Assembly: GCA_964542855.1 (NCBI GenBank)
Contig: CAZIWJ010000001.1
Coordinates: forward strand, 1 to 48,138
DNA length: 48,138 nt
Origin: an uncultured Roseivirgaceae bacterium
GTDB taxonomy: Bacteria; Bacteroidota; Bacteroidia; Cytophagales; Cyclobacteriaceae
Direction of reading: 5' to 3'
Under the pieces are notes generated by a model. The model did not search any database. It worked only from the letters and a program-made list of their open reading frames with translations, and was not told where the DNA came from. The position numbers and the translations under genes are program-made. This document shows, in pieces, positions 39,129 to 48,138 of the stretch (position 1 is its first letter; each line of letters opens with the position of its first letter).

Positions 39129-39494
39129 ATGAATATAGGTTCAAAATTAAAAAGATATTAGTGTTGTTCTATTTTAATCTAGCAAGAAAATTTAATTAAA
39201 TCAAGTTAACCCCTTTTATTTTGCTAATCAGTTAAGTTGAATGCATATTTTGCCTCCTCTTTTTTAAAATTATAATTAATAACCAGTAACAACAGGTATT
39301 TTTCTGCTAACAGGATATTTACCTGATTACTTTTCCTTTGCTAATCGTATAAAAAGCAAATACTGATCAGGAAGCACCTAAAACCTTACGTTTATAATAA
39401 CCAATGGAAAAAGTCAGAAAATTTCCACCCGGCATTGTTTATATTACATCTTAAGTTTGGTAAATAACCAAACCTGTATAAGCAGCTTCTTACC

Positions 39495-41774
39495 ATGTTC
39501 ATTTTTGTTTTCAGTTTTCTCATTCATACAATGGCGGTTCAATTTACTACGCTTCCCGACCCTGAACCGGGAATGCACGTGGTTGAGCAGAATAGTAAAA
39601 AAGGGCTGGCCAATGAGGAAGGAACACTTGTGATCCCTACCAATTACGATGATATGGGGTGGACCAGTAAAGAAGAGAAGCTTATTTACGACAAAGTTAT
39701 AGGATATAAAGAAGGTAAGCTTTGGGGCCTGATGGAAGTCAATAATCGGAAAATAACCCCTCCACTTTATTTCTCGCTTCAACCTTACCACGACAAACTG
39801 ATTATTGCTTCGCGCCGCGCCAATAATTCCAACCTGTCGTTGTTTGGCGTACTGAATACCAAAGGTAAAGAACGGATTCCTTTTCGCTACTACCGGCTCA
39901 GCGTGGCCGGCAAACATTTAGTTGCTGCCAGAAAGGTTAATGAACAGCTGAAGTATGCCATTATCGACGATAAAGGACAGGCCCTTCTGGCATTTAATTA
40001 CAGTAAGATAGCGCATTTAGGCAAAGAGCTTTTTGCCGTGAGAAACGATAACAACCAGTATGCGCTTTATTCTGCAGCAGATGGTTTTTTGAGCGGGCAT
40101 AATTACGATGAACTGGGTGATGTTAGAAAAGGTCGGTTGTTGAGCCAGAAATTTGGAATGTACGGGGTGCTGGATGATCGCGGCAGCGAGCTAATCCCCC
40201 CGGTTTATAAACAAATTAAAATTGATACCAGTGGGCAGGTAAGGGTACTCCCTTTTAAAAACTGGCAGATTATCGACGGTAAACGCCAACGTAAGGGCGT
40301 ACTTCATTACGAGAAGGTTCAGCCAATCAAGGATAACTTGTACAGGGTGGCCAACGGCGAGTTCGAAACGTTTGTAAACCTGCAGTCGCAACCGGTATTA
40401 CCTTTGCACTTCCACGTTCATTCGCTTACTCCCGAATATGCGGTGATCGGGAATAATAACCATCTCGGACTGTACAGTTTAAACCGGTCTGAGCTAATCA
40501 TTGAACCGGAATACGATACCTTTCGGGTTGAATTACCCTTCGTATATGCAGGAAAGGATTACGAAGATGAGATTCGATGGACTGTATATTCCTCTTCCGG
40601 AGCGCAATTAAGTTATTTTAACTACCAGGATATTGGAAAACATAGCCATAACCTGATACCAGTTAAACGCAAAGGCTATTGGGGGTTTATGAATGCCATG
40701 GGTGAAGAGGTTATCAGTTGCCAATACGAAACAGTATCGCCTTTCAGCGAAGGCAGAAGCAAGGTTGCTTACCTCGGCTCAGAAGGCATTATTAACAAAG
40801 AAGGAAACTGGTGCATCGATCCATTCCAGGAGAACGGGGCCGGAAGGAATCTTGAAGTACTCAATAACGACCGGGTGCTTTACAAAACTATTCCCCGTTA
40901 TTACGCCGACACCCTCTCTGGCATTATTACCCTTGAAGGTGAAAAACTATACGAAACAACCAATACCCTGGTTAATAACGGCAATAGTATCTGGGAAATT
41001 GATGCTCTCGGTAATTACGGCCTGATTTCATACGAGGGTGAACAGTTATTACCGACAACCTACGACAGTATATCGGCCTGTGAAGAAGGCGTTTACCGGT
41101 TTCACAAGCACGGAAAAACGGGGCTAATGCACCTTGATGGTAAAATTGTGTTGTCCGACAATAATGTTTACACTTCCATCTACCCGGTGAGTAACGGATT
41201 TTTGGGAATTAAGGCTATGAACAAATACGGGTTTATCGATACCAACGGCCTCCTGAGAATTGCCAATCGTTATGATTCCATTACTTTTTTTCACGACGGA
41301 CTGGCGGCTGTAAAGCTATTGGGAAAATGGGGGGTTATTGATAAACTAGAACGTATTGTTATTCAACCGCATTACAACAAAGTTTATCCTTTCCAAGGAA
41401 AAACGGCTATTGTAAGGGCTGATTCGCTTTACGGGCTGATACACCGGAAGTACGGAGAAGTGCTCCCACCTGAATATTCATCTATAGAAAGGCAGCCCGA
41501 TGGCGATTATCTCATTACAAAAATAGAGCAGGGAAAGGAAAAAGCAGGACTGGCCAGTTCGTCGGGTAACTTGTTGATTTACCCGCGCTACGAGAGCCTA
41601 AAACCCGTTTCTAGGGAGTATACTATTGTTAAGCGAAAAAAACGATACGGCGTAATTACCCGTCAGGGAGTAAGTACCATTCCCGCCAAATACAAGGACA
41701 TTATATACGATCCTATTAACCAGTATTTTGTTATTCCGGAATCCCTTTCCTGGGAAACAGTAAAACTTCCTTAA
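39495..41774 (+). CDS. WG-repeat (KWG-like beta-repeat) protein
   Basis: The 759-aa product is built almost wholly of repeats of about 35-40 aa of the form [WY]G-[LVFI]-[IMLV]-[DN]-x-x-G-x-x-[LVI]-[IL]-P-x-x-Y-[DS]-x-[IVL]. Examples are YGVLDDRGSELIPPVYKQI, WGFMNAMGEEVISCQYETV, YGFIDTNGLLRIANRYDSI and WGVIDKLERIVIQPHYNKV. The exact start is uncertain because several in-frame Met residues lie near the N-terminus. Confidence 0.8.
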   Translation: MFIFVFSFLIHTMAVQFTTLPDPEPGMHVVEQNSKKGLANEEGTLVIPTNYDDMGWTSKEEKLIYDKVIGYKEGKLWGLMEVNNRKITPPLYFSLQPYHDKLIIASRRANNSNLSLFGVLNTKGKERIPFRYYRLSVAGKHLVAARKVNEQLKYAIIDDKGQALLAFNYSKIAHLGKELFAVRNDNNQYALYSAADGFLSGHNYDELGDVRKGRLLSQKFGMYGVLDDRGSELIPPVYKQIKIDTSGQVRVLPFKNWQIIDGKRQRKGVLHYEKVQPIKDNLYRVANGEFETFVNLQSQPVLPLHFHVHSLTPEYAVIGNNNHLGLYSLNRSELIIEPEYDTFRVELPFVYAGKDYEDEIRWTVYSSSGAQLSYFNYQDIGKHSHNLIPVKRKGYWGFMNAMGEEVISCQYETVSPFSEGRSKVAYLGSEGIINKEGNWCIDPFQENGAGRNLEVLNNDRVLYKTIPRYYADTLSGIITLEGEKLYETTNTLVNNGNSIWEIDALGNYGLISYEGEQLLPTTYDSISACEEGVYRFHKHGKTGLMHLDGKIVLSDNNVYTSIYPVSNGFLGIKAMNKYGFIDTNGLLRIANRYDSITFFHDGLAAVKLLGKWGVIDKLERIVIQPHYNKVYPFQGKTAIVRADSLYGLIHRKYGEVLPPEYSSIERQPDGDYLITKIEQGKEKAGLASSSGNLLIYPRYESLKPVSREYTIVKRKKRYGVITRQGVSTIPAKYKDIIYDPINQYFVIPESLSWETVKLP

Positions 41775-41806
41775 ACTTTTTATTCCAAGAAGCATTATTT
41801 ACCTTA

Positions 41807-43162
41807 GTGGGATTAAATTTTGCCAACGCCCAGTTATCAGGGCACGAAATACTATTTCTCTTGAAAACACCACTAGCAAGTAGTCCGATTGACCAAACGC
41901 TAAATGCGCTTTGTGGGCATTACCATGAAGTGAGAAACCAGACTGTATCCATTTGCGAGCCATTACAGGAAGAAGATTACGTGGTTCAACCCATCGTAGA
42001 CGTGAGTCCGCCCAAGTGGCACCTGGGCCATACCACCTGGTTCTTTGAAACCTTTGTTCTTCAGCAATACATGGAAGATTATCAATTGTACGATCCGGAT
42101 TTTCTCTATGTATTCAATAGTTATTACGAAAGCAAAGGCGACCGGGTAGTACGCTCCAACCGGGGAAATTTATCACGCCCGGGAGTTGCAGCCGTAATGG
42201 CTTACCGCAAGCACGTAGACGAAGCCATGAACCGCCTGCTTAGTAATTTGGATGATAAAAACGCCGGCACCATTTATTACCTGCTGGAACTAGGGATCAA
42301 CCATGAACAGCAGCACCAGGAATTACTGATTACCGATATTAAATACGTTCTTGGTAACAACCCTCTACTGCCTGTTTACAAGTCAAAAGGTATTGTGGAA
42401 GCGTCCAAACCAATTTCTAACGCAGAATGGTTGCCTTTTTCTTCAGGTGTTTACGAAGTAGGCTTTCAGGGCGACACCTTTCATTATGACAATGAAGTGG
42501 GAGCCCACCAGGTTTACCTGCACGATTTTAAAATCATGGACCGCCTTGTTACCAACCGCGAATACCTCGAGTTTATGCAGGATGGGGGATATCAGAACTA
42601 TGATCTCTGGTTAGCCGACGGGCTGGACTATATTCGCGAACATGGCATCGAGGCACCGGGATACTGGCATTTTACTAAAGGGGAGTGGTATTATTTCACC
42701 ATGCAAGGGTTACAAAAAATCGATCTCGATGCCCCGGTTACGCACATAAGTTATTACGAAGCCGATGCCTATGCCCGGTGGAAAGGGAAACGATTACCCA
42801 CAGAAGCTGAATGGGAAGTGGCCTCGATACAAACGGCTAACCTTACTTCTAATGCAGGGGTGCTGGAAGAAGCAAACCTAATTGAAAGCCTGAATTTTCA
42901 ACCCCGCCCAAGGATAAACAATAATATGCAGTTTATCGGAGATGTATGGGAATGGACTACCAGTGCTTACCTTCCTTACCCTTTTTACAAACGCGTAAGC
43001 GGAGCCCTGGGAGAATACAACGGTAAATTTATGATTAACCAGATGGTATTGCGGGGAGGTTCCTGCGCTACATCGTGTACTCACATCCGGAACACGTACC
43101 GTAATTTCTTGCAACCCGATAAACGCTGGCAATTTACGGGCATCCGTTTAGCCGAACATTAA
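41807..43162 (+). CDS. egtB: ergothioneine biosynthesis sulfoxide synthase EgtB (DinB_2 + FGE-sulfatase domains)
   Basis: The DinB-like N-domain carries SPPKWHLGHTTWFFETF and HEQQHQELL. The C-terminal FGE-sulfatase fold carries RLPTEAEWE, GDVWEWT and LRGGSCAT. The ORF has no ATG near its 5' end, so the start is GTG 41807 or the in-frame TTG about 41861. Confidence 0.85.
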   Translation: MGLNFANAQLSGHEILFLLKTPLASSPIDQTLNALCGHYHEVRNQTVSICEPLQEEDYVVQPIVDVSPPKWHLGHTTWFFETFVLQQYMEDYQLYDPDFLYVFNSYYESKGDRVVRSNRGNLSRPGVAAVMAYRKHVDEAMNRLLSNLDDKNAGTIYYLLELGINHEQQHQELLITDIKYVLGNNPLLPVYKSKGIVEASKPISNAEWLPFSSGVYEVGFQGDTFHYDNEVGAHQVYLHDFKIMDRLVTNREYLEFMQDGGYQNYDLWLADGLDYIREHGIEAPGYWHFTKGEWYYFTMQGLQKIDLDAPVTHISYYEADAYARWKGKRLPTEAEWEVASIQTANLTSNAGVLEEANLIESLNFQPRPRINNNMQFIGDVWEWTTSAYLPYPFYKRVSGALGEYNGKFMINQMVLRGGSCATSCTHIRNTYRNFLQPDKRWQFTGIRLAEH

Positions 43163-43178
43163 TCCTTTAAATCAACTC

Positions 43179-44207
43179 ATGAATTCAAAACAAGATCATT
43201 CTTCCCTGGCGGAAGAAAACCAACCTGTTATATCTGATCAGTCATCTCGTACATTTGCCCTAGATGTTAGGGAAGGGTTGACAGCAGACAAAAAATTTCT
43301 CCCTTCCAAGTATATTTATGATCAATACGGAGATCGAATTTTCCAACAGATTATGGAGATGCCTGAGTACTATCTCACCGGCGCGGAGTACAACATTTTT
43401 AAAGAACAGAAAGAAAATATCCTGGCTACTTTGAAGGAAGGAGTAGAATCGTTCGATCTGGTTGAGTTTGGGGCCGGAGATGGGTACAAGACAAAAGTAT
43501 TGCTCCAGTACTTTGTGGATAAACAAACCCAGTTTAAATATATTCCCAATGACATTTCCCCTAACATTGTCGATTACCTCGAAAATGATCTGGAGGAATC
43601 TATTCCTAAATTGCACGTTAAAGGAGTAAAAGGCGATTTCTTTGAAGTTTTTCACCGCATTGAAGATAGTACCGATCACGTACGGAAAGCTATTTTATTC
43701 CTGGGGGCAAATATTGGTAATTTTAGCCGGAAGGAATCGGTAGACTTTCTTAGGAGAATAGCCAGTTTCATGGACTCGGACGATCGATTCATGATTGGTT
43801 TCGACCTGAAAAAGAATCCAACTACTATCCTTAATGCTTACAACGACGCAGCAGGTATCACTGCTTCTTTCAGTAAAAATCTGCTCAAGCGAATTAACCG
43901 GGAACTGGGAGGAGAATTTAAAGAACATACTTTCGAGTTCTACCCGGTGTATAACCCACAAGATGGTAACGTGAAAAGTTACCTGATCAGTAAAGAAGAA
44001 CAAGACGTTTACATTGCTTCGCTAGATCAGACTTTCCATTTTAATGCATGGGAAGCAATGTTTATGGAACGATCGAAGAAGTATGACCTGGCCGATATTA
44101 ATGCCCTGGCCGAAGCCTCAGGGTTTGAGGTTGTGCATAACTTTATCGATGCTAATAGCCTTTTTTCTGATTCACTCTGGAAACTAAAGGAAGAGAAGGC
44201 AGACTAA
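43179..44207 (+). CDS. egtD: L-histidine N-alpha-methyltransferase EgtD
   Basis: The 342-aa product has an N-terminal pattern typical of EgtD (LPSKYIYDQYGDRIFQQIMEMPEYYLTGAEYNIF) and a SAM-binding stretch, LVEFGAGDGYKTKVLL. It begins 16 bp after egtB. Confidence 0.85.
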   Translation: MNSKQDHSSLAEENQPVISDQSSRTFALDVREGLTADKKFLPSKYIYDQYGDRIFQQIMEMPEYYLTGAEYNIFKEQKENILATLKEGVESFDLVEFGAGDGYKTKVLLQYFVDKQTQFKYIPNDISPNIVDYLENDLEESIPKLHVKGVKGDFFEVFHRIEDSTDHVRKAILFLGANIGNFSRKESVDFLRRIASFMDSDDRFMIGFDLKKNPTTILNAYNDAAGITASFSKNLLKRINRELGGEFKEHTFEFYPVYNPQDGNVKSYLISKEEQDVYIASLDQTFHFNAWEAMFMERSKKYDLADINALAEASGFEVVHNFIDANSLFSDSLWKLKEEKAD

Positions 44208-44345
44208 TTACTGCCCAGCAACATTGCAACCTTGAAAAAATAGGATAATATTTGCCACAAACATTACCAGTTGTAAAGCAATTCATTTCTACGACCGGGC
44301 AAAGCAAATACTATTCAAATTCATTTCTCAGTAAAATCTAAACAT

Positions 44346-45416
44346 ATGGCTATAGCAGCAGACATTAGTAAAATAGAATCGTTACTGGGTAGCGAGGCTT
44401 CCTACTTGCTGGAGCACCAATGCAAAACATTTCCCAAAGCAGATATCAGAAATACGGAAGGTAACTACATTGACGATAGCTTCGTGCAATCAAACCGTCC
44501 CGTTCAGGTACTGCGTAACCTGGAAAGTATGATGGGGCACGGCCGCCTGGCTGATACCGGGTATATTTCTATCCTTCCGGTAGATCAGGGAATTGAACAT
44601 ACTGCCGGATCATCGTTTGCTCCCAACCCTATGTATTTCGACGGGGAAAATATAATTAAACTGGCCATAGAAGGCGGTTGTAATGCTGTTGCTACTACGT
44701 TCGGTGTACTGGCTCAGAATGCCAGAAAGTATGCTCACAAAATTCCTTTTATCGTAAAAATTAACCACAATGAGTTGCTTACTTATCCAAATAAGTACGA
44801 CCAGATCATGTTCGGCTCGGTAGAAGAAGCCTGGAACCTGGGAGCTGCTGCGGTAGGAGCAACCATTTATTTCGGTTCCGACAACTCAACCCGCCAGATT
44901 CAAGAAGTATCCGAGGCTTTTCAGCATGCCCACGAACTGGGAATGGCAACTATATTGTGGTGTTACACCCGAAATAACGATTTTAAACAGAACGGCACCG
45001 ATTACCATAACTCCACAGACATGAGTAGCCAGGCGTGTCACATCGGGGTTACCATTCAGGCAGACATGATTAAGCAGAAGCTGCCCGAAACAAATGGTGG
45101 TTTCAAAGCCCTGAAATTTGGTAAAACACATCCCGACATGTACGACAAACTGACTACCGACCATCCAATCGATTTAACCCGTTATATGGTAGCTAACTGT
45201 TACATGGGGAAGATTGGTTTAATTAATTCGGGTGGAGCTTCATCAGGTGAAAGCGATATAATTGATGCGGTTAAAACAGCTGTAATTAACAAACGTGCCG
45301 GTGGTGTAGGCCTCATCATGGGTCGTAAAGCATTCCAGCGTCCTTTCAACGAAGGAGTAGAACTACTGCAATCCGTTCAGGATGTATACCTGAATAAAGA
45401 CATCAAACTGGCATAA
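44346..45416 (+). CDS. fbaB: class I fructose-bisphosphate aldolase (FbaB/DhnA type)
   Basis: The 356-aa product is collinear with my recollection of E. coli FbaB. Shared segments include [59 protein letters not shown] and VQDVYL...I. Confidence 0.9.
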   Translation: MAIAADISKIESLLGSEASYLLEHQCKTFPKADIRNTEGNYIDDSFVQSNRPVQVLRNLESMMGHGRLADTGYISILPVDQGIEHTAGSSFAPNPMYFDGENIIKLAIEGGCNAVATTFGVLAQNARKYAHKIPFIVKINHNELLTYPNKYDQIMFGSVEEAWNLGAAAVGATIYFGSDNSTRQIQEVSEAFQHAHELGMATILWCYTRNNDFKQNGTDYHNSTDMSSQACHIGVTIQADMIKQKLPETNGGFKALKFGKTHPDMYDKLTTDHPIDLTRYMVANCYMGKIGLINSGGASSGESDIIDAVKTAVINKRAGGVGLIMGRKAFQRPFNEGVELLQSVQDVYLNKDIKLA

Positions 45417-45449
45417 ACAGCTTGCTTCTTCATACTTTTTCTCTCTTCA

Positions 45450-45478
45450 GGGCACCCTTTTAAAGGATGCCTTTTTTT
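45450..45478 (+). terminator. probable rho-independent terminator downstream of fbaB
   Basis: The hairpin is GGCACCC-TTTTAAA-GGATGCC, a 7-bp stem with one C/A mismatch, followed by TTTTTTTA. It starts about 35 nt after the fbaB stop. Confidence 0.5.
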
Positions 45479-45689
45479 ATTTATTCCGGGAAAAAATTCT
45501 TCCTCGTTCCCATAAATGGAAGAAAGATTTTAAGCCCCCGAATCATTTTACCCGGTACAGCATACACCTTTCTATTATTATGTACATCCCGTTTTTCAGT
45601 CCGGAATAAAGCTTGCTGGTGTTTAAATGTCTAATGGTTTATACTGAACATGAATAATTCGTTCAGCACTATAATAGTGAACAAGGTAC

Positions 45690-47675
45690 ATGAGAGGAAA
45701 TAGTTTTTCACAACTTATGAACGAGTATACCAGCCATAACCGGCTGTTTTACAGCCTGGTAATAACTTTTATAATTACGGGGGGCAGTGGCAGTATACTG
45801 GCCCAGGATCAGCCCCTCAGGTTAGCTGATTTTCGAGAGAAAGTAATTAAATACCGGCAAGAAGGGAACCAAAGTGAGACGAGTAAGTATTTGAATAAAA
45901 TTGCATTCATTCTGTGGGACAAACAAGACTATTCGGGTGCACTCGATGCGTTTGCTGAATCGGCTGCAATCAATAAAAAAATAAGAAATAAAAATGCCCT
46001 GGCTACCATTTACCAGAGCATAGGATTAATTTTCTCCGATCAGGGTAAGTATACAGAATCGCTGAACAACCTGCGAACTGCCCTGGATTACCAACAACAA
46101 CTGGGAAAAGAACGGGGGGTGGCTGCCGGGCAGATTAACATTGCTACTACCTATGCCTTAATGAACCAATACAAGAACGCCATTTCCGAAACCCGGTCGG
46201 CTATGGAGCTTGCCCAGGAAATTGAAGCTACTCAACTCATGCGTACCTGCTACGGTATGCTAGCAGAATATTACGAAAAGACAGGCAACACTGAACTGGC
46301 CTTCAAGTACTTTAACCTCTACTCAACTTTTGAAAAAAAGCTGAACCAGCAACAAATTGCTCAGCAGGAAACAGCAAACCGGCAAAAGCTTACCGAAATG
46401 GAGTTGCGCACACGCAATGCGGAACAGGAAAAAGAAGCTACGCAGGCTGAACTACAGCAAACCAGTAAGGCCCTGGAAAAAGCAGAAGCAACCCGTAAGG
46501 CCCAACAACTGGAAATCGATATGAAGGAACTAACCCTGAAAGAGCAGGAAACCCAACTGGAAAATGAACAACTGATACGCAACCAGTTAATTTATGGATT
46601 AGGGTTCGTGGCCGTGCTGCTTCTACTTACCGGCTTCGGTTTTATACTTTTTCATAAGAAAAATAAAAAGCTGGCTGAGAAAAACAGGGAAATTAATGAA
46701 CAGGCCGAAGAATTGCTTATGAGCCAGCGGGAAATCAAGGCAAAAAGTAACGACCTTGAAAATGCCCTGAAAGAAATTAAAAAGAAGAATAGTAAAATTA
46801 CCGACAGTATAAATTATGCTAAGCGTATTCAGGAAGCTTCTCTGCCCGGAGTTAAAAAAATACAGGAGCATTTACCCGAGTCGTTTGTTTTCTTCAGGCC
46901 CCGGAATATTGTAAGCGGCGATTTCTACTGGTTTCATAGTACCGGGGAAATGGAGAATGATTTTATGGATATTAAGGAAAGTATTCTCATTTCGGCAGTC
47001 GACTGCACGGGGCATGGTATACCGGGTGCTTTCATGAGCCTGATTGGTATTGAACTACTAAATAATATTGCCAGTACCCGTGGAATAGTAGCCCCCGACC
47101 GGATTTTAAATGAACTGCATAAATCGGTTCAACAATCTTTACGACAAGAAGATACCGAAAATCGCGACGGAATGGACATGGGGCTTTGTCTTATCCATCC
47201 GAAAGAGAATAGCCTAATATTTGCCGGTGCCCACAACCCTATGGTACTGATTCAGGATGGCGAAGTGCAAACCATCAAGCCCAACAAGCAAGCCGTTGGC
47301 GGCATGCAGAAAGGAAAGGAACGTAGTTTTACTGCTCACTACATTCATATTGATCGCCCAACCTGGGTATACCTCTATTCCGATGGGTTCCAGGACCAGT
47401 TTGGCGGTGCGGAAGGCCGGAAGTTCATGTCTAAAAAGCTAAAACGCCTTTTATTGGAAATACACCAGAAACCCATGGCCGAGCAGAAGGAAATCCTGGC
47501 GTATACCCTGGACGAATGGAAAGGAGATACCCCCCAGGTAGATGATATCCTGGTTATCGGGTTTAAGTTACAACCCTGGTCTGAACCGGACGAAAATACT
47601 CCTAAACCCAAAGATACCGACGTATCTGAACATCAGTTAAAACAAGTTAAACCACAATCAAGAACAAGTGTATGA
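45690..47675 (+). CDS. membrane-anchored TPR / coiled-coil / PP2C-type (SpoIIE family) protein phosphatase
   Basis: The 661-aa product has a signal/anchor segment, then TPR-like repeats (about residues 60-210) and a long Gln/Glu-rich coiled coil. A TM helix follows (LIYGLGFVAVLLLLTGFGFILF), then a second coiled coil. The C-terminal SpoIIE/PP2C domain carries SGDFYWF, AVDCTGHGIPGA, YLYSDGF.DQFGG and DDILVIGF. Confidence 0.85.
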   Translation: MRGNSFSQLMNEYTSHNRLFYSLVITFIITGGSGSILAQDQPLRLADFREKVIKYRQEGNQSETSKYLNKIAFILWDKQDYSGALDAFAESAAINKKIRNKNALATIYQSIGLIFSDQGKYTESLNNLRTALDYQQQLGKERGVAAGQINIATTYALMNQYKNAISETRSAMELAQEIEATQLMRTCYGMLAEYYEKTGNTELAFKYFNLYSTFEKKLNQQQIAQQETANRQKLTEMELRTRNAEQEKEATQAELQQTSKALEKAEATRKAQQLEIDMKELTLKEQETQLENEQLIRNQLIYGLGFVAVLLLLTGFGFILFHKKNKKLAEKNREINEQAEELLMSQREIKAKSNDLENALKEIKKKNSKITDSINYAKRIQEASLPGVKKIQEHLPESFVFFRPRNIVSGDFYWFHSTGEMENDFMDIKESILISAVDCTGHGIPGAFMSLIGIELLNNIASTRGIVAPDRILNELHKSVQQSLRQEDTENRDGMDMGLCLIHPKENSLIFAGAHNPMVLIQDGEVQTIKPNKQAVGGMQKGKERSFTAHYIHIDRPTWVYLYSDGFQDQFGGAEGRKFMSKKLKRLLLEIHQKPMAEQKEILAYTLDEWKGDTPQVDDILVIGFKLQPWSEPDENTPKPKDTDVSEHQLKQVKPQSRTSV

Positions 47676-48138
47676 AAACGTTAATGTTACTGATTATAAC
47701 TGGTTGCTTACTGGGCAGTGCTCATGCCCAGGACCAGCCGGAACATAAAAAGAAAGCTTTTAAAGACGAAGAAGAGCGGTTATACTGGAACCGACATATG
47801 CCGGTTTACATCTCCCTGAGTAATACACCCGAAAGAGATGACGAAGTGCACCAGATGGTGAGTCATACGGACTCAAAAGAGTACGCTGAACCTTATTTCT
47901 TCGACACCGAAGGAGTAAACTACATACGGACCCGCTGGGCAGTAGACCGGGAAACGCACAAAACCGTTTACCCAAAACGGGAGGTGTTATGGGAAATATA
48001 CGCCGATGGGCTTGCTCCCACATCCAGCATTGATTACGCCAATACTGAGATAATCAGTAAGAAAGGTAACCTGTATCTGCAGAAAGGGACAAAGATCGTG
48101 TTATCAGCCAAAGACGGAGTTTCCGGGGTTGAAGATAC
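47672..48138 (+). CDS. hypothetical secreted/lipoprotein, 3'-truncated by the window end
   Basis: This ORF is not in the supplied track because it runs off the window. I translated it by hand and found 155 codons with no stop. ATG 47672 overlaps the phosphatase stop codon (ATGA). The N-terminus is MKTLMLLIITGCLLGSAHAQ, a signal peptide with a possible lipobox Cys. Confidence 0.55.
   Translation, partial: MKTLMLLIITGCLLGSAHAQDQPEHKKKAFKDEEERLYWNRHMPVYISLSNTPERDDEVHQMVSHTDSKEYAEPYFFDTEGVNYIRTRWAVDRETHKTVYPKREVLWEIYADGLAPTSSIDYANTEIISKKGNLYLQKGTKIVLSAKDGVSGVED

Overview
This 48.1-kb window looks like a chromosomal segment from a member of the Bacteroidota, probably a Cytophagia- or Hymenobacteraceae-like gliding bacterium. 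That guess rests on a GldB-like lipoprotein, many lipoproteins, BatD, WG-repeat and TPR-SpoIIE proteins, and moderate GC; it is not verified. Coding density is high and most genes are ordinary core metabolism or envelope functions. These include a 7TM-DISM histidine kinase, nadC, gcvP, a DEAD-box helicase, gldB, batD, aroC, a DAACS transporter, a porin, a patatin-like lipase, an alpha/beta hydrolase, an MFP-RND-TolC efflux operon and fbaB.

Four blocks deserve more attention:
- An accessory or decayed islet at about 25.5-28.5 kb. It holds a 965-bp ORF-free stretch, an orphan lipoprotein, and an 877-bp internally deleted ISL3-type element. The element still has terminal inverted repeats and a probable 8-bp target duplication, and carries a 42-bp tandem repeat inside its broken transposase.
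- A form-II (AYRGAGR-type) CO-dehydrogenase-like molybdoenzyme cluster, coxG-S-L-M, with coxD and coxE (MoxR and VWA) set apart behind a canonical intrinsic terminator.
- A 759-aa protein built almost entirely of WG repeats, followed by a minimal egtB-egtD ergothioneine gene pair.
- A membrane-anchored TPR/coiled-coil/PP2C (SpoIIE) phosphatase, translationally coupled to a truncated secreted protein at the window edge.

I found no CRISPR array, tRNA or rRNA gene, prophage, or recognisable multi-gene defence system. All functional calls come from motif and architecture recognition by eye, and none was confirmed by a database search.
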